The translations under genes and the position numbers were made by a program. Below, one piece after another: positions 27,625-38,031 of a stretch of 38,031 nucleotides of DNA (positions are counted from its first letter, which is position 1; every line of letters begins with the position of its first letter). The notes beneath the pieces are model-generated. The model did no database searches, was not told the DNA's origin, and saw nothing but the letters and a program-made list of their open reading frames with translations. Source of the stretch: Gemmatimonadales bacterium (GTDB lineage: Bacteria > Gemmatimonadota > Gemmatimonadetes > Gemmatimonadales > GWC2-71-9); assembly GCA_035576905.1 (NCBI GenBank), contig DATLWA010000036.1:1-38031 (forward strand), read 5' to 3'.

Positions 27625-28159
27625 CGCCTCGCTCCGCGAGATACTTCGTGACCAGTTCGTCCCACACGCCGCGCGCGCGCAGGATCAGCTCCGCCACTTC
27701 GCGCACCGCGCCGTGCCCGCCGCCCGCCGTCGTGATCACACGGGCGCAGGCGCGGATTTCCGGCACGGCGGCCGGTACGGTGATCGGCAGCGCCACGCGC
27801 TCGAGCAGCGGCAGGTCGGGCAGGTCGTCGCCGACGAAGGCGCTCTCCTCCCACTGCACGCCGTGACGCTCGAGGATGCCGGCGAATGCCGGCAGCTTCT
27901 TCTTGTCCTGCACGAGCTCGTCCACTTTCAGCTCGCGCGCGCGCAGCTCCGTCGCGTCCGACCGGCGGGCGCTCACCCACACCACGAGGATCCCCGCATC
28001 GCGCAGCAACTTGATTCCCAGGCCATCCTGGACGTCGAAGCGCTTGAATTCCACGGCGTGGTCGCCGGCGCGGCCGATGTAGACGCCGCCGTCGGTGAGG
28101 ACGCCATCGACGTCGAATCCCACCAGCTTGATGCGGCGGGCCAGCGTCGCGTCAAGCAT
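27593..28159 (-). CDS. kdsC: 3-deoxy-D-manno-octulosonate 8-phosphate phosphatase
   Basis: Track ORF trimmed to ATG 28159 (codon 32). HAD motif I is LVGFDVDGVLTDG; further motifs are FDVQDGLGIKLL and FVGDDLPDLP. Confidence 0.85.
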   Translation of the reverse strand: MLDATLARRIKLVGFDVDGVLTDGGVYIGRAGDHAVEFKRFDVQDGLGIKLLRDAGILVVWVSARRSDATELRARELKVDELVQDKKKLPAFAGILERHGVQWEESAFVGDDLPDLPLLERVALPITVPAAVPEIRACARVITTAGGGHGAVREVAELILRARGVWDELVTKYLAERGDDARRSAPAR

Positions 28160-29057
28160 TGCGGCCTCGAGCCGCGCGCGCCGAGGGTGCCGCCTTCGCT
28201 CGGTCCTCGACGCGCCCCCCGCCCTTCCCCTGGGACCTCGCTGCGGCGGCACCCTCGGCGCGCGCGGCGTGCCAGACGTCGAGCGCTTTCCTGAGAATGC
28301 TCTCGAGTTGATCCAAGGGGATCATGTTTGGTCCATCAGACGGCGCGTGGTCGGGATCGGGGTGCGTCTCGAGGAAAAACGCGTCGGCGCCGGCGGCCGC
28401 CGCGGCGTACAGCAGCGGCGGGATGAACTCGCGCAGGCCGCCGCTGGCGCCGTCGGAGCCCGCGCCCGGCTGCTGCACGGCGTGCGTGGCGTCGAAGATC
28501 ACGGGTGCGCGGCACGCGGCGCCGAGCCGCGCGAAATTGCGCATGTCGACCACGAGGTCGCCGTAGCCGAAGAAAGTGCCGCGCTCGGTCACGGCGACCT
28601 CGGCGGCGCCCCCGGAGCGGACCTTCTCCACGGCGCCCGCCATGCCTTCGGCGCTCATCCACTGCCCTTTCTTGACGTTCACCGGCTTGCCGGCCTTGCC
28701 CGCGGCGACGAGCAAGTCGGTCTGGCGGCACAGAAAGGCCGGGATCTGCAGCACGTCCGCGACCTGGGCGGCGGCGCTCACCTGCGCCGCATCGTGCACG
28801 TCGGTCAAGACGGGGAGGCCCGTGGCGCGGCGGACGCGCTCCAACGCCCGGAGGCCGGCGTCGATGCCGGGGCCGCGGGCGGCCTGGAGCCGCGAGCGAT
28901 TCGCCTTGTCGTAGGAGGCCTTATAGATGATCGGCAGCGGGAGCCGGCGGCCGATCTCGGCCAGCGCTTCGCCGACCGCGAGGTTCAGCTCGTCGGATTC
29001 GACGACGCAGGGCCCCGCGATGAGGAACGGAGCGCTCGCGAACTGCGGCGCAGGCAT
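28152..29057 (-). CDS. kdsA: 3-deoxy-8-phosphooctulonate (KDO-8-P) synthase
   Basis: Motifs IAGPCVVES, IYKASYDKANRS, IPAFLCRQTDLL, VNVKKGQ, FDATHAVQ and ETHPDP. It has a ~35-aa Ala/Arg/Gly-rich C-terminal tail. Confidence 0.95.
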   Translation of the reverse strand: MPAPQFASAPFLIAGPCVVESDELNLAVGEALAEIGRRLPLPIIYKASYDKANRSRLQAARGPGIDAGLRALERVRRATGLPVLTDVHDAAQVSAAAQVADVLQIPAFLCRQTDLLVAAGKAGKPVNVKKGQWMSAEGMAGAVEKVRSGGAAEVAVTERGTFFGYGDLVVDMRNFARLGAACRAPVIFDATHAVQQPGAGSDGASGGLREFIPPLLYAAAAAGADAFFLETHPDPDHAPSDGPNMIPLDQLESILRKALDVWHAARAEGAAAARSQGKGGGRVEDRAKAAPSARAARGRNA

Positions 29058-29069
29058 GTCAGCCGCCGG

Positions 29070-31480
<2,411 letters not shown>

Positions 31481-31511
31481 GGAGGAAGATACAAAAGTCG
31501 TGCCGTGGAGT

Positions 31512-32105
<594 letters not shown>

Positions 32106-32163
32106 ACGGGGGAAACTAGCGGGCTTTGCGTGAGGGCTCCAGCAGGGGCATTGTAAGGCGTCG

Positions 32164-33705
32164 ATGACAACATGGCTGCAAGGCCTAATCGATGGTGTGG
32201 ACGCCATCTCCCGCTGGATCACCGGCGGCTGGGGCGGCGGATCGACTTACGCCCTGTCGCGCTGGGTATTCCTCCGGGCGGTGGGCCTCGTCTACCTCAT
32301 CGCGTTCGTGTCGCTCTGGGTGCAGGTGAAAGGCTTGATCGGCGCCCACGGCATCCTCCCGGTGCAGGATTACCTCAGCGCGTTGCGCGGGATGCTCGGC
32401 CCGGAACGCTACCGCCTCGCCCCCACGGTCTTCTGGCTCGGCGCGAGCGATACGGCGCTGCAGCTCGCGTGCGCGGCCGGGGCTACGGCCGCGCTCCTGG
32501 TGGTGTGCGACGTCCTGCCCGCGCCGACGCTCCTCATCCTGTGGGCGCTGTACCTCTCGTTCGAGACCGTGGGGCAGGACTTCCTCGCGTTCCAGTGGGA
32601 CGTGCTGCTGCTCGAGGCGGGCCTCCTGGCGGTGCTGTACGCGCCCTGGAGCGCGCTCCCGGGCCGCGGGTTGGCCCGCGCCGCGCCCGCGTTCCCGCTG
32701 GTCCTGCTGTGGTGGCTGCTGTTCCGGCTCACGTTCGAGTCGGGCATCGTCAAACTGCTCTCCGGCGACCCGACGTGGCGCAACCTCAGCGCGCTCGACT
32801 ACCACTTCTGGACGCAGCCCCTGCCGACGTGGACCGCCTGGTACATGGCGCACCTCCCCGCCTGGTGCAAGCGCTTCATGGTACTGGCGACGTACGTGCT
32901 GGAGATCGGCTTCCCGTTCTTGATGTGGGGGCCGCGCTGGGCGCGGCTCGCGGCCTGCGGCGGCATCGTGTTCCTGCAGCTGCTCATCTTCGCGACCGGC
33001 AACTACACCTTCTTCAACTTGCTCACGATCGCGCTCGCCTTGCTGTTGGTGGACGACGCGCTGTGGGCGCGCGTCCTCCCCGCGCGTTTGGTGCAGGCGG
33101 CGGCGCCCGCCGCGACGGCGAGCGGCCGGCCGGTGGGAGCCGCGTTTGCGGTTCTCTGTCTTGGCGCCGCCCTGCTCTACGCCGCCAACGTGAAGGTCCT
33201 GTATACGCTCTGGCCGGATGTGCGCGTGGTGCGCCCGTTGGCGGCGCCGGTGGCGTGGCTCGAGCCGCTGCGCAGCGCCAACGGCTATGGCTTGTTTCGC
33301 GTCATGACGACGGAGCGCGTGGAGATCGTGATCGAGGGTAGCGACGACGGTGTGACGTGGCAGCCGTACGAGTTCCGCTACAAGCCGGGCGATCCGGCGC
33401 GCCGGCCCGGGTTCGTCGAGCCGCACCAGCCGCGGCTCGATTGGCAGATGTGGTTCGCGGCGCTGTCGTCGTACGACCAGACGCCGTGGTTGCAACCGCT
33501 GCTGACCCGCCTGCTGCAGGGCTCGCCCGACGTCGTCGCGTTGTTGGGGCGCAACCCCTTCCCCACCCACCCGCCCACGTACGTCCGGGCCGTGGCGTAC
33601 GACTACCACTTCACCACATCTGCGGAGCGCCGTGCCACGGGGGCTTGGTGGGTGCGCGCGCCGCTCGGCGCTTACAGTCCCGTCGTCAGCCTGCAACGGA
33701 AATAA
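32164..33705 (+). CDS. lipase maturation factor (LMF1) family membrane protein
   Basis: 513-aa polytopic membrane protein with FLAFQWDVLLLEAGLLAV, FFNLLTIAL, YGLFRVMTTER and PRLDWQMWFAAL. I recognise these as the LMF-family pattern. The call is from memory, not a search. Confidence 0.6.
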   Translation: MTTWLQGLIDGVDAISRWITGGWGGGSTYALSRWVFLRAVGLVYLIAFVSLWVQVKGLIGAHGILPVQDYLSALRGMLGPERYRLAPTVFWLGASDTALQLACAAGATAALLVVCDVLPAPTLLILWALYLSFETVGQDFLAFQWDVLLLEAGLLAVLYAPWSALPGRGLARAAPAFPLVLLWWLLFRLTFESGIVKLLSGDPTWRNLSALDYHFWTQPLPTWTAWYMAHLPAWCKRFMVLATYVLEIGFPFLMWGPRWARLAACGGIVFLQLLIFATGNYTFFNLLTIALALLLVDDALWARVLPARLVQAAAPAATASGRPVGAAFAVLCLGAALLYAANVKVLYTLWPDVRVVRPLAAPVAWLEPLRSANGYGLFRVMTTERVEIVIEGSDDGVTWQPYEFRYKPGDPARRPGFVEPHQPRLDWQMWFAALSSYDQTPWLQPLLTRLLQGSPDVVALLGRNPFPTHPPTYVRAVAYDYHFTTSAERRATGAWWVRAPLGAYSPVVSLQRK

Positions 33706-33718
33706 GGAAAAGAAAAAG

Positions 33719-33743
33719 ACGGGGCGCCCATAGGGCGCCCCGT
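33719..33743. terminator. strong GC hairpin between convergent genes; U-tract on the minus strand
   Basis: ACGGGGCGCCC (33719-29), loop ATA, then GGGCGCCCCGT (33733-43): 11 perfect pairs. On the minus strand it is followed by CTTTTTCTTTTCC (33718-33706). This fits an intrinsic terminator for the 33767-35098 gene. The plus-strand side has no T-tract. Confidence 0.65.
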
Positions 33744-33766
33744 TCACGCGATCTCACCACCCGCCG

Positions 33767-35098
33767 CTAGAAGAGGATCCAGGCGAGGACATACATGGTG
33801 TTGTTGTCTTTGGCCGCACGACCGGAGCCGTCGTAGTCGGTCGACCCGCCGTTGAACTTGCTATAGCCCACGTACTGGAACTGGAACCGCAGGTTCTGCC
33901 ACGGCATCACGTCGGTTTCGGCGATGAACCCGCTGCTGTTGGGACTGCCGGTCGCGCTCCCGGTCATCGGCGCGGGCGCATACAGTGTGGCGTCGCTCGT
34001 GCCCGTGGTGGAGAACGGTGCCAGCGTGAACGCGAAGCGCGAGCCGATGTGATACATCGCGGCGACGCGCACCGTGTTCAATGTGTTGGTCGCGTTCGTC
34101 GTGCCGCCCGCCGACCACTTCTGCGACTCGTGGATCCACGTCGCGTCGGTCGTAAAGCTGTTCGGCCCGAAGGACTGCATGAAGGCGAGATCGAAGGCGA
34201 CGTCGGTGAAGCGGTTGGTCGGACCGGTGACGCCCGTGGGATAGACCTGTGCAGAGATCCCGTACGTGCCGAGCGACAGGTACGAATGGCCCCACGAGTT
34301 CGGCAGGGCGAGGCGCCAATACGGGGCGACACCCTTGATCACGCCGCTGGCGCTGCCGTCGAGCGGCCGGGAGACGCCCAGCGGCGCCGAGCGGTACGCG
34401 CCGACCTCGGCGTACACCCGGTTGTTCAGCATGGTGTAGGCCGTGAGCCCCGCCACTTGCTGGCCCAGCGTCCCGTCGACGATCGTCGCAGCGGTCGGGG
34501 CGGGCGCGGCGTCCGAGCTCCCGTACGGGAAGCCCCAGGCCGGCGTGCTGTTCCACAGGTCCTGGACGGTCGGATTGTTGTTCAGGCTGAGACCGACGGT
34601 CGCGGGTTTGGCGAACAGCTTGGTTTGCGACGCGTAACGGAAGTCGGCGTTGTCGACCCCGAGGCCACCGCTCTGCGGGTCGAACGTCACCTGCAGGAAT
34701 CCACCGATATGCGTAGTGACTTCCCCGCCCGTGAAGATGCTGAGCTGGTCGGGGAAGAACACGGTGCCGTTTTGCGTGCCGGGCTGCGCCTTCTGCGTGG
34801 CGGTGTAAGACGTCTGCAGCATGAATGAGAGCGGTGTGACGAGACCCAGGAGGAGGTTTTGCTCACCGCCCGATGCGCGGCCCTGGAGCGAGTCCGAGCC
34901 CCGGCGATAGACGTAACCGTTGAGTTTGAACGCGCGGCCGGTCGCGGTGAGCTCCGGATAGTGTGTGTGGCAAGCGCTGCATGCGAGGCCCGTTTGGCGG
35001 GCGAAGGATGGCGTGCCATGGTCGGCGGCGGCCAGGGGGCTAGCGGCAAGCGCCAGGACGATCGGCAACGCTGAGACCAAGGTCAAACGGTGCGACAT
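33767..35098 (-). CDS. outer-membrane beta-barrel-like protein with one N-terminal CxxCH heme motif (fused cytochrome-porin candidate)
   Basis: Start set at ATG 35098, with GGGAG 7 nt upstream; the track start is GTG 35131. Signal peptide is MSHRLTLVSALPIVLALAASPLAAA. A single CSACH lies at 34967-34981 within FARQTGLACSACHTHYPELTATGRAFKLNGY. About 390 aa rich in Gly/Ser/Thr/Asn/Tyr/Phe follow, with alternating strands. The C-terminus is YVLAWILF. Confidence 0.75.
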   Translation of the reverse strand: MSHRLTLVSALPIVLALAASPLAAADHGTPSFARQTGLACSACHTHYPELTATGRAFKLNGYVYRRGSDSLQGRASGGEQNLLLGLVTPLSFMLQTSYTATQKAQPGTQNGTVFFPDQLSIFTGGEVTTHIGGFLQVTFDPQSGGLGVDNADFRYASQTKLFAKPATVGLSLNNNPTVQDLWNSTPAWGFPYGSSDAAPAPTAATIVDGTLGQQVAGLTAYTMLNNRVYAEVGAYRSAPLGVSRPLDGSASGVIKGVAPYWRLALPNSWGHSYLSLGTYGISAQVYPTGVTGPTNRFTDVAFDLAFMQSFGPNSFTTDATWIHESQKWSAGGTTNATNTLNTVRVAAMYHIGSRFAFTLAPFSTTGTSDATLYAPAPMTGSATGSPNSSGFIAETDVMPWQNLRFQFQYVGYSKFNGGSTDYDGSGRAAKDNNTMYVLAWILF

Positions 35099-35178
35099 GT
35101 GGTGGCTCCCACGGGAATTGGAATGCTGCACGCTGCACCAGCGTAGTGAAAGAAACTATGAAGGAATGGCGAAGAGAT

Positions 35179-35904
35179 TCAGTAGGGGACTGCCTGAAGC
35201 CAGGCCTGCTCGATAACGGTGTGGCCGGCTGGTGTGGGATGGACGCCGTCGCTCGACCAGTGTTGCGGAGTGGCCTGGCGTGACAGACGGTCGAAGCGCT
35301 CTTGTAGCCCCACGAAGATCGCGTGCGCGCCTCTGGCCACACGCGCGGCCGCCGCCCGGCGCCGGTCGAACTCGGGAAACCAGGCGTCTGTGACGACGCC
35401 GCACCGCAACACGAACGGCTCCAGCACGACGAGTCGTGCCTGCGGCAGGGCGGCCGCGGTGTCGCGCAGCAGCGCAGTGTACCCCGCTTCGTAGTCGTCC
35501 ACGGTCCCCTTGTAGGTCCCCATCAGGGTGTGCCAGTAGTCGTTCACCCCGATGAGGATGCTGACGACATCGGGCTTCAAGTCGAGCGTGTCGGTCTGCC
35601 AGCGCGCTTGCAGGTCGGGAACCGTGTTGCCGCTCACGCCACGATTGTAGAACTGGAGGTCGCGCGCGGGTTGCTCGGCGAGTGCGCGCGCCGCAATGAG
35701 CAGCGGATACCCGGTCCCCAGTCCGGCGGCGACATTCGGGCCCGCGACGCCGCGATCGCGTCCCGCGTCGGTGATCGAGTCACCCTGGAAGAGCACGACG
35801 CGGCGGCCGGACGCCTGCCGGGTGAGGCGGAGCGCGCCCGGCGTGGCGGCGAGCGCCAGCGCGCCACCGCTGAGGGTGAGGAAGCGACGCCGTGAGAGCG
35901 TCAC
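35179..35904 (-). CDS. Tat-exported SGNH/GDSL-family hydrolase
   Basis: Track ORF trimmed to GTG 35904 (codon 117), a GTGA overlap with the DinB stop. Twin-arginine signal is TLSRRRFLTLSGGALALAA. SGNH blocks are FQGDSITD, NRGVSGN, IGVNDYW and DGVHPT. Confidence 0.85.
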   Translation of the reverse strand: MTLSRRRFLTLSGGALALAATPGALRLTRQASGRRVVLFQGDSITDAGRDRGVAGPNVAAGLGTGYPLLIAARALAEQPARDLQFYNRGVSGNTVPDLQARWQTDTLDLKPDVVSILIGVNDYWHTLMGTYKGTVDDYEAGYTALLRDTAAALPQARLVVLEPFVLRCGVVTDAWFPEFDRRRAAAARVARGAHAIFVGLQERFDRLSRQATPQHWSSDGVHPTPAGHTVIEQAWLQAVPY

Positions 35905-36431
35905 GCACCGACTCCGTAGCGTTCCTTCAGAATCGCGACGTGGTGAGCCTCGTGACCGGCGATGATGTGCCCGAGGGCCCGCACCGTGACATGCTTGCCG
36001 CTGGCCGTGCCGCCGCGGGCCCACGCGGCGTCGTCCAGGCTGCGCAGCAGCGTGAGCGTCGCCTGGCGCACCGCACGCAATTCCGCGACGAGATCGACGA
36101 GTGTACGGCGTTCGAACCCGCCGCCCGCCACGAATGCGTTCTCGTCGAACGACTGCAGCGGCGCCTCGTCGCCGCGCGCGAAGCGCAGCGCGCGGTAGGC
36201 GAACACCCGCTCGGCGTCGGCGACATGGCCCACCACCTCGCGAATACTCCATTTCTCCGGGGCGTAGCGGTGTCCCGCGTCCTTTTCCTTGACCTTGCCG
36301 AGCAGCGCGGCGGTCTCGTCGCCCTGGCGGGCGAGCAGCGCGAGCAGATCGCCTGCGGGAACGCGGTCGACGTACTTCTGATAGTAGGGGGCGAACTCAC
36401 CGGCCTGCGGTCGGGCGATGGACGCGGGCAT
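35901..36431 (-). CDS. DinB-family (DinB_2-like) metal-dependent protein
   Basis: 176 aa. Motifs FAPYYQKYVDRV, WSIREVVGHVADAERVFAYR and HIIAGHEAHHVAIL provide a His triad typical of the DinB four-helix bundle. Confidence 0.75.
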   Translation of the reverse strand: MPASIARPQAGEFAPYYQKYVDRVPAGDLLALLARQGDETAALLGKVKEKDAGHRYAPEKWSIREVVGHVADAERVFAYRALRFARGDEAPLQSFDENAFVAGGGFERRTLVDLVAELRAVRQATLTLLRSLDDAAWARGGTASGKHVTVRALGHIIAGHEAHHVAILKERYGVGA

Positions 36432-36446
36432 GGACGTCTCCTCGGG

Positions 36447-37355
36447 TCAGGCTCTCGGGTGGAAGCTCTTGTGCACGCTGCGCAGGTAGTCGCGGTCCAC
36501 GTGCGTATAGATCTGCGTCGTCGACAGGTCGGCGTGGCCGAGCATCTCCTGCACGGCGCGCAAGTCGGCGCCGCCTTCGAGTAGATGCGTCGCGAACGTG
36601 TGGCGCAACGTGTGCGGCGTCACCCGCTTGCTCAGGCCGGCCTGTTTCGCCGCGCGCTTGATGATGCCCCACGCGCCGACGCGCGACAATGGGGTGCCCC
36701 GCGCATTGAGAAACAGCACGCCGCGGGTCTTCCCTTTGTCGAGCAGCGGACGGATCTCGCGGGCGTACAGTGAGACTGCACCCAGGGCGCGCCGCCCCAC
36801 GGGCACGATGCGCTCCTTCGAGCCCTTCCCGAAGATGCGCGCCAAACCGTCCTCGAACAACACGTCCTGCAGCGTCAGGCGGGTGAGCTCGGACACCCGG
36901 GCGCCGGTGGCGTACCCGAATTCGAGCAGCGCGCGGTCGCGAATGGCGAGCCGCTCGTCGGTGGCGCGGGCGCCGAGCAGGCGCTCCACCTCGGCGACGG
37001 TGAGGACCGCGGGCAACGTGCGCCAGCGTTTGGGCGACTCCAAGCGCTCGCTGGGGTCGCGCGCGGCGTGGCCTTCGCCGACGAGAAACCGGTAGTAGGT
37101 GCGCACGGCGGAGATCTGGCGCCGGATGGTGGCGGGCGCCAAGCCGAGATCCTTCAACTGATAGACGAACTCGCGCAGCTCGGCGGAGCGCACGGCGCTG
37201 GGCTCGGGCTTGCCCTGGCTGGTGGCCCAGTCGGCGAAACGCCGCACGTCACGCAGATAGTTCTCGACGGTGTTCGGGCTGTTCCCCGCCTCGAGCGCCA
37301 GGAAGTCGCGGAACAGCTCGAGGTGAAACGCAGCGGGCGACGGGGCGGCAATCAC
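36447..37355 (-). CDS. tyrosine site-specific recombinase, XerC/XerD type
   Basis: Track ORF trimmed to GTG 37355 (302 aa, GTGA overlap with the upstream stop). Motifs FLALEAG...SPNTVENYLRDV, YATGARVSEL, GKGSKERIVP, HTLRHTFATHLLEGGADLRAVQEMLGH and TTQIYTHV (catalytic RHRH/Y set). Confidence 0.9.
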   Translation of the reverse strand: MIAAPSPAAFHLELFRDFLALEAGNSPNTVENYLRDVRRFADWATSQGKPEPSAVRSAELREFVYQLKDLGLAPATIRRQISAVRTYYRFLVGEGHAARDPSERLESPKRWRTLPAVLTVAEVERLLGARATDERLAIRDRALLEFGYATGARVSELTRLTLQDVLFEDGLARIFGKGSKERIVPVGRRALGAVSLYAREIRPLLDKGKTRGVLFLNARGTPLSRVGAWGIIKRAAKQAGLSKRVTPHTLRHTFATHLLEGGADLRAVQEMLGHADLSTTQIYTHVDRDYLRSVHKSFHPRA

Positions 37356-38031
37356 GGCGAATGGGCGGTGCGCGCCAGATAGGCGATCGCGCTGTCGCGC
37401 CGCGCGCGATAGGGCGGTTCGGCGTCGGCCCAGGCGTGCGCGACCATCGCGAATTGCACGCGGGCGCTGTCTACCTGCCCGGCGGCGGCAAACGTCTGCG
37501 CCAGCTGCTCGTGCAGCGCCGTGCGCGTGATGTAGAGATTCGAGCCCTCGATCCCGCCCCGCAGCGCCGCTTCGAGCCAGTAGATCGCCTCCCGGAACCG
37601 GCCCACCGCGGCCAGGGTGCGCGCCAGCTCCGCGTTCACGCGAGTGAAGCCCTCCGTCGGTGAGTAGGCGGCGACGCGGAAGCTGTCGATCGCGGCGGCG
37701 GGGCGATGCGCAGCTTCCAGCAGCAGGCCGTGCAGGTAGGCGGGCAGCAGGCGGTCCCGCCCCAGCGCGCTCTGCGGACCATACACGGCTACGGTGTCGG
37801 CCAGCAGGCGCAGCGCGGCAGTGTCCCCCTGAGCGGCGGCGACGGCGCCGCGCAACGTGAACGCCCACGCACGCCGCCGGGCCACCGTGCCCGGATGCGC
37901 GCGCTGATACGCGGGAGTGGCGGTGGCGGCTGCGATGAACGCCGCAGCCGCCGTGTCGAAGTCGTTCGCTTCGAACGCCGCGATGCCCAGGGGCAACGGT
38001 TGCGGATGGTGCTCCGAGTCGTCGGGGTCGG
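37352..38031 (-). CDS. TPR-like helical-repeat protein, C-terminal part (5' end beyond the window)
   Basis: The frame is open from the right edge to TGA 37354-37352, and the track starts it at an internal TTG 37996. It is Ala/Leu-rich with helical repeats (FREAIYWLEAAL), and the C-terminal motif is AHAWADAEPPYRARRDSAIAYLAR. Function unknown. Confidence 0.6.
   Translation of the reverse strand, partial: DPDDSEHHPQPLPLGIAAFEANDFDTAAAAFIAAATATPAYQRAHPGTVARRRAWAFTLRGAVAAAQGDTAALRLLADTVAVYGPQSALGRDRLLPAYLHGLLLEAAHRPAAAIDSFRVAAYSPTEGFTRVNAELARTLAAVGRFREAIYWLEAALRGGIEGSNLYITRTALHEQLAQTFAAAGQVDSARVQFAMVAHAWADAEPPYRARRDSAIAYLARTAHSP

Noticed and set aside
28152-28260. Low-complexity Ala/Arg/Gly/Pro C-terminal tails on KdsA. 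Similar tails occur on KdsC (27593-27650) and the LptA-like protein (24771-24830). I considered them as possible frameshifts or fused peptides.
   Set aside because: The frames are continuous with the conserved domains, and the tails are what create the gene overlaps. They are most simply explained by delayed stop codons in GC-rich DNA. There is no sign of a disrupted gene.

Overview
This is a high-GC window (roughly two-thirds to 70% G+C by eye) that is almost entirely coding. I call 39 protein genes, two of them cut by the window edges, and one tRNA-Arg(CCT). I saw no CRISPR array, IS element, prophage or rRNA. All homology calls come from motifs I recognise in the translations; no database search was possible. 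Most long ORFs in the supplied track are either antisense shadows of real genes or N-terminally over-extended versions of them. I trimmed starts using conserved N-termini and start/stop overlaps. There are four main gene blocks. (1) Plus-strand housekeeping operon 3244-10798: DUF512 radical-SAM/PDZ protein, der, plsY, gpsA, merR-like, GT2, surE, pcm, dedA, acyP. (2) Minus-strand block 11750-17152: SAM methyltransferase, flippase-like UPF0104 protein, YfhO GT-C, Ppm1-like GT2, dapF. (3) A 13.5-kb minus-strand gene string 17955-31480: kdsB, pyrG, kdsA, kdsC, kdsD, lptC, an oversized lptA-like gene, an N-terminally extended lptB, rpoN, then GT2, GNAT/Fem-like, deacetylase-like and GT4 genes. (4) A right-hand block with TrpG/PabA, a lipase-maturation-factor homolog, a monocistronic outer-membrane protein with a single CxxCH, a Tat-exported SGNH hydrolase, DinB, XerC/D and a TPR-like protein. 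The content indicates a diderm, LPS-making bacterium; Gemmatimonadota or Acidobacteriota-like is only a guess. The most interesting candidates are these: the Cyc2/Cyt572-style fused monoheme cytochrome-porin candidate (33767-35098); the two polyprenyl-phosphate-type glycosylation modules flanking a lone plus-strand GATase1-like gene (12565-22139), one of them fused onto the lpt/rpoN operon; and the atypical Lpt components, a 394-aa LptB and a 448-aa LptA-like protein.
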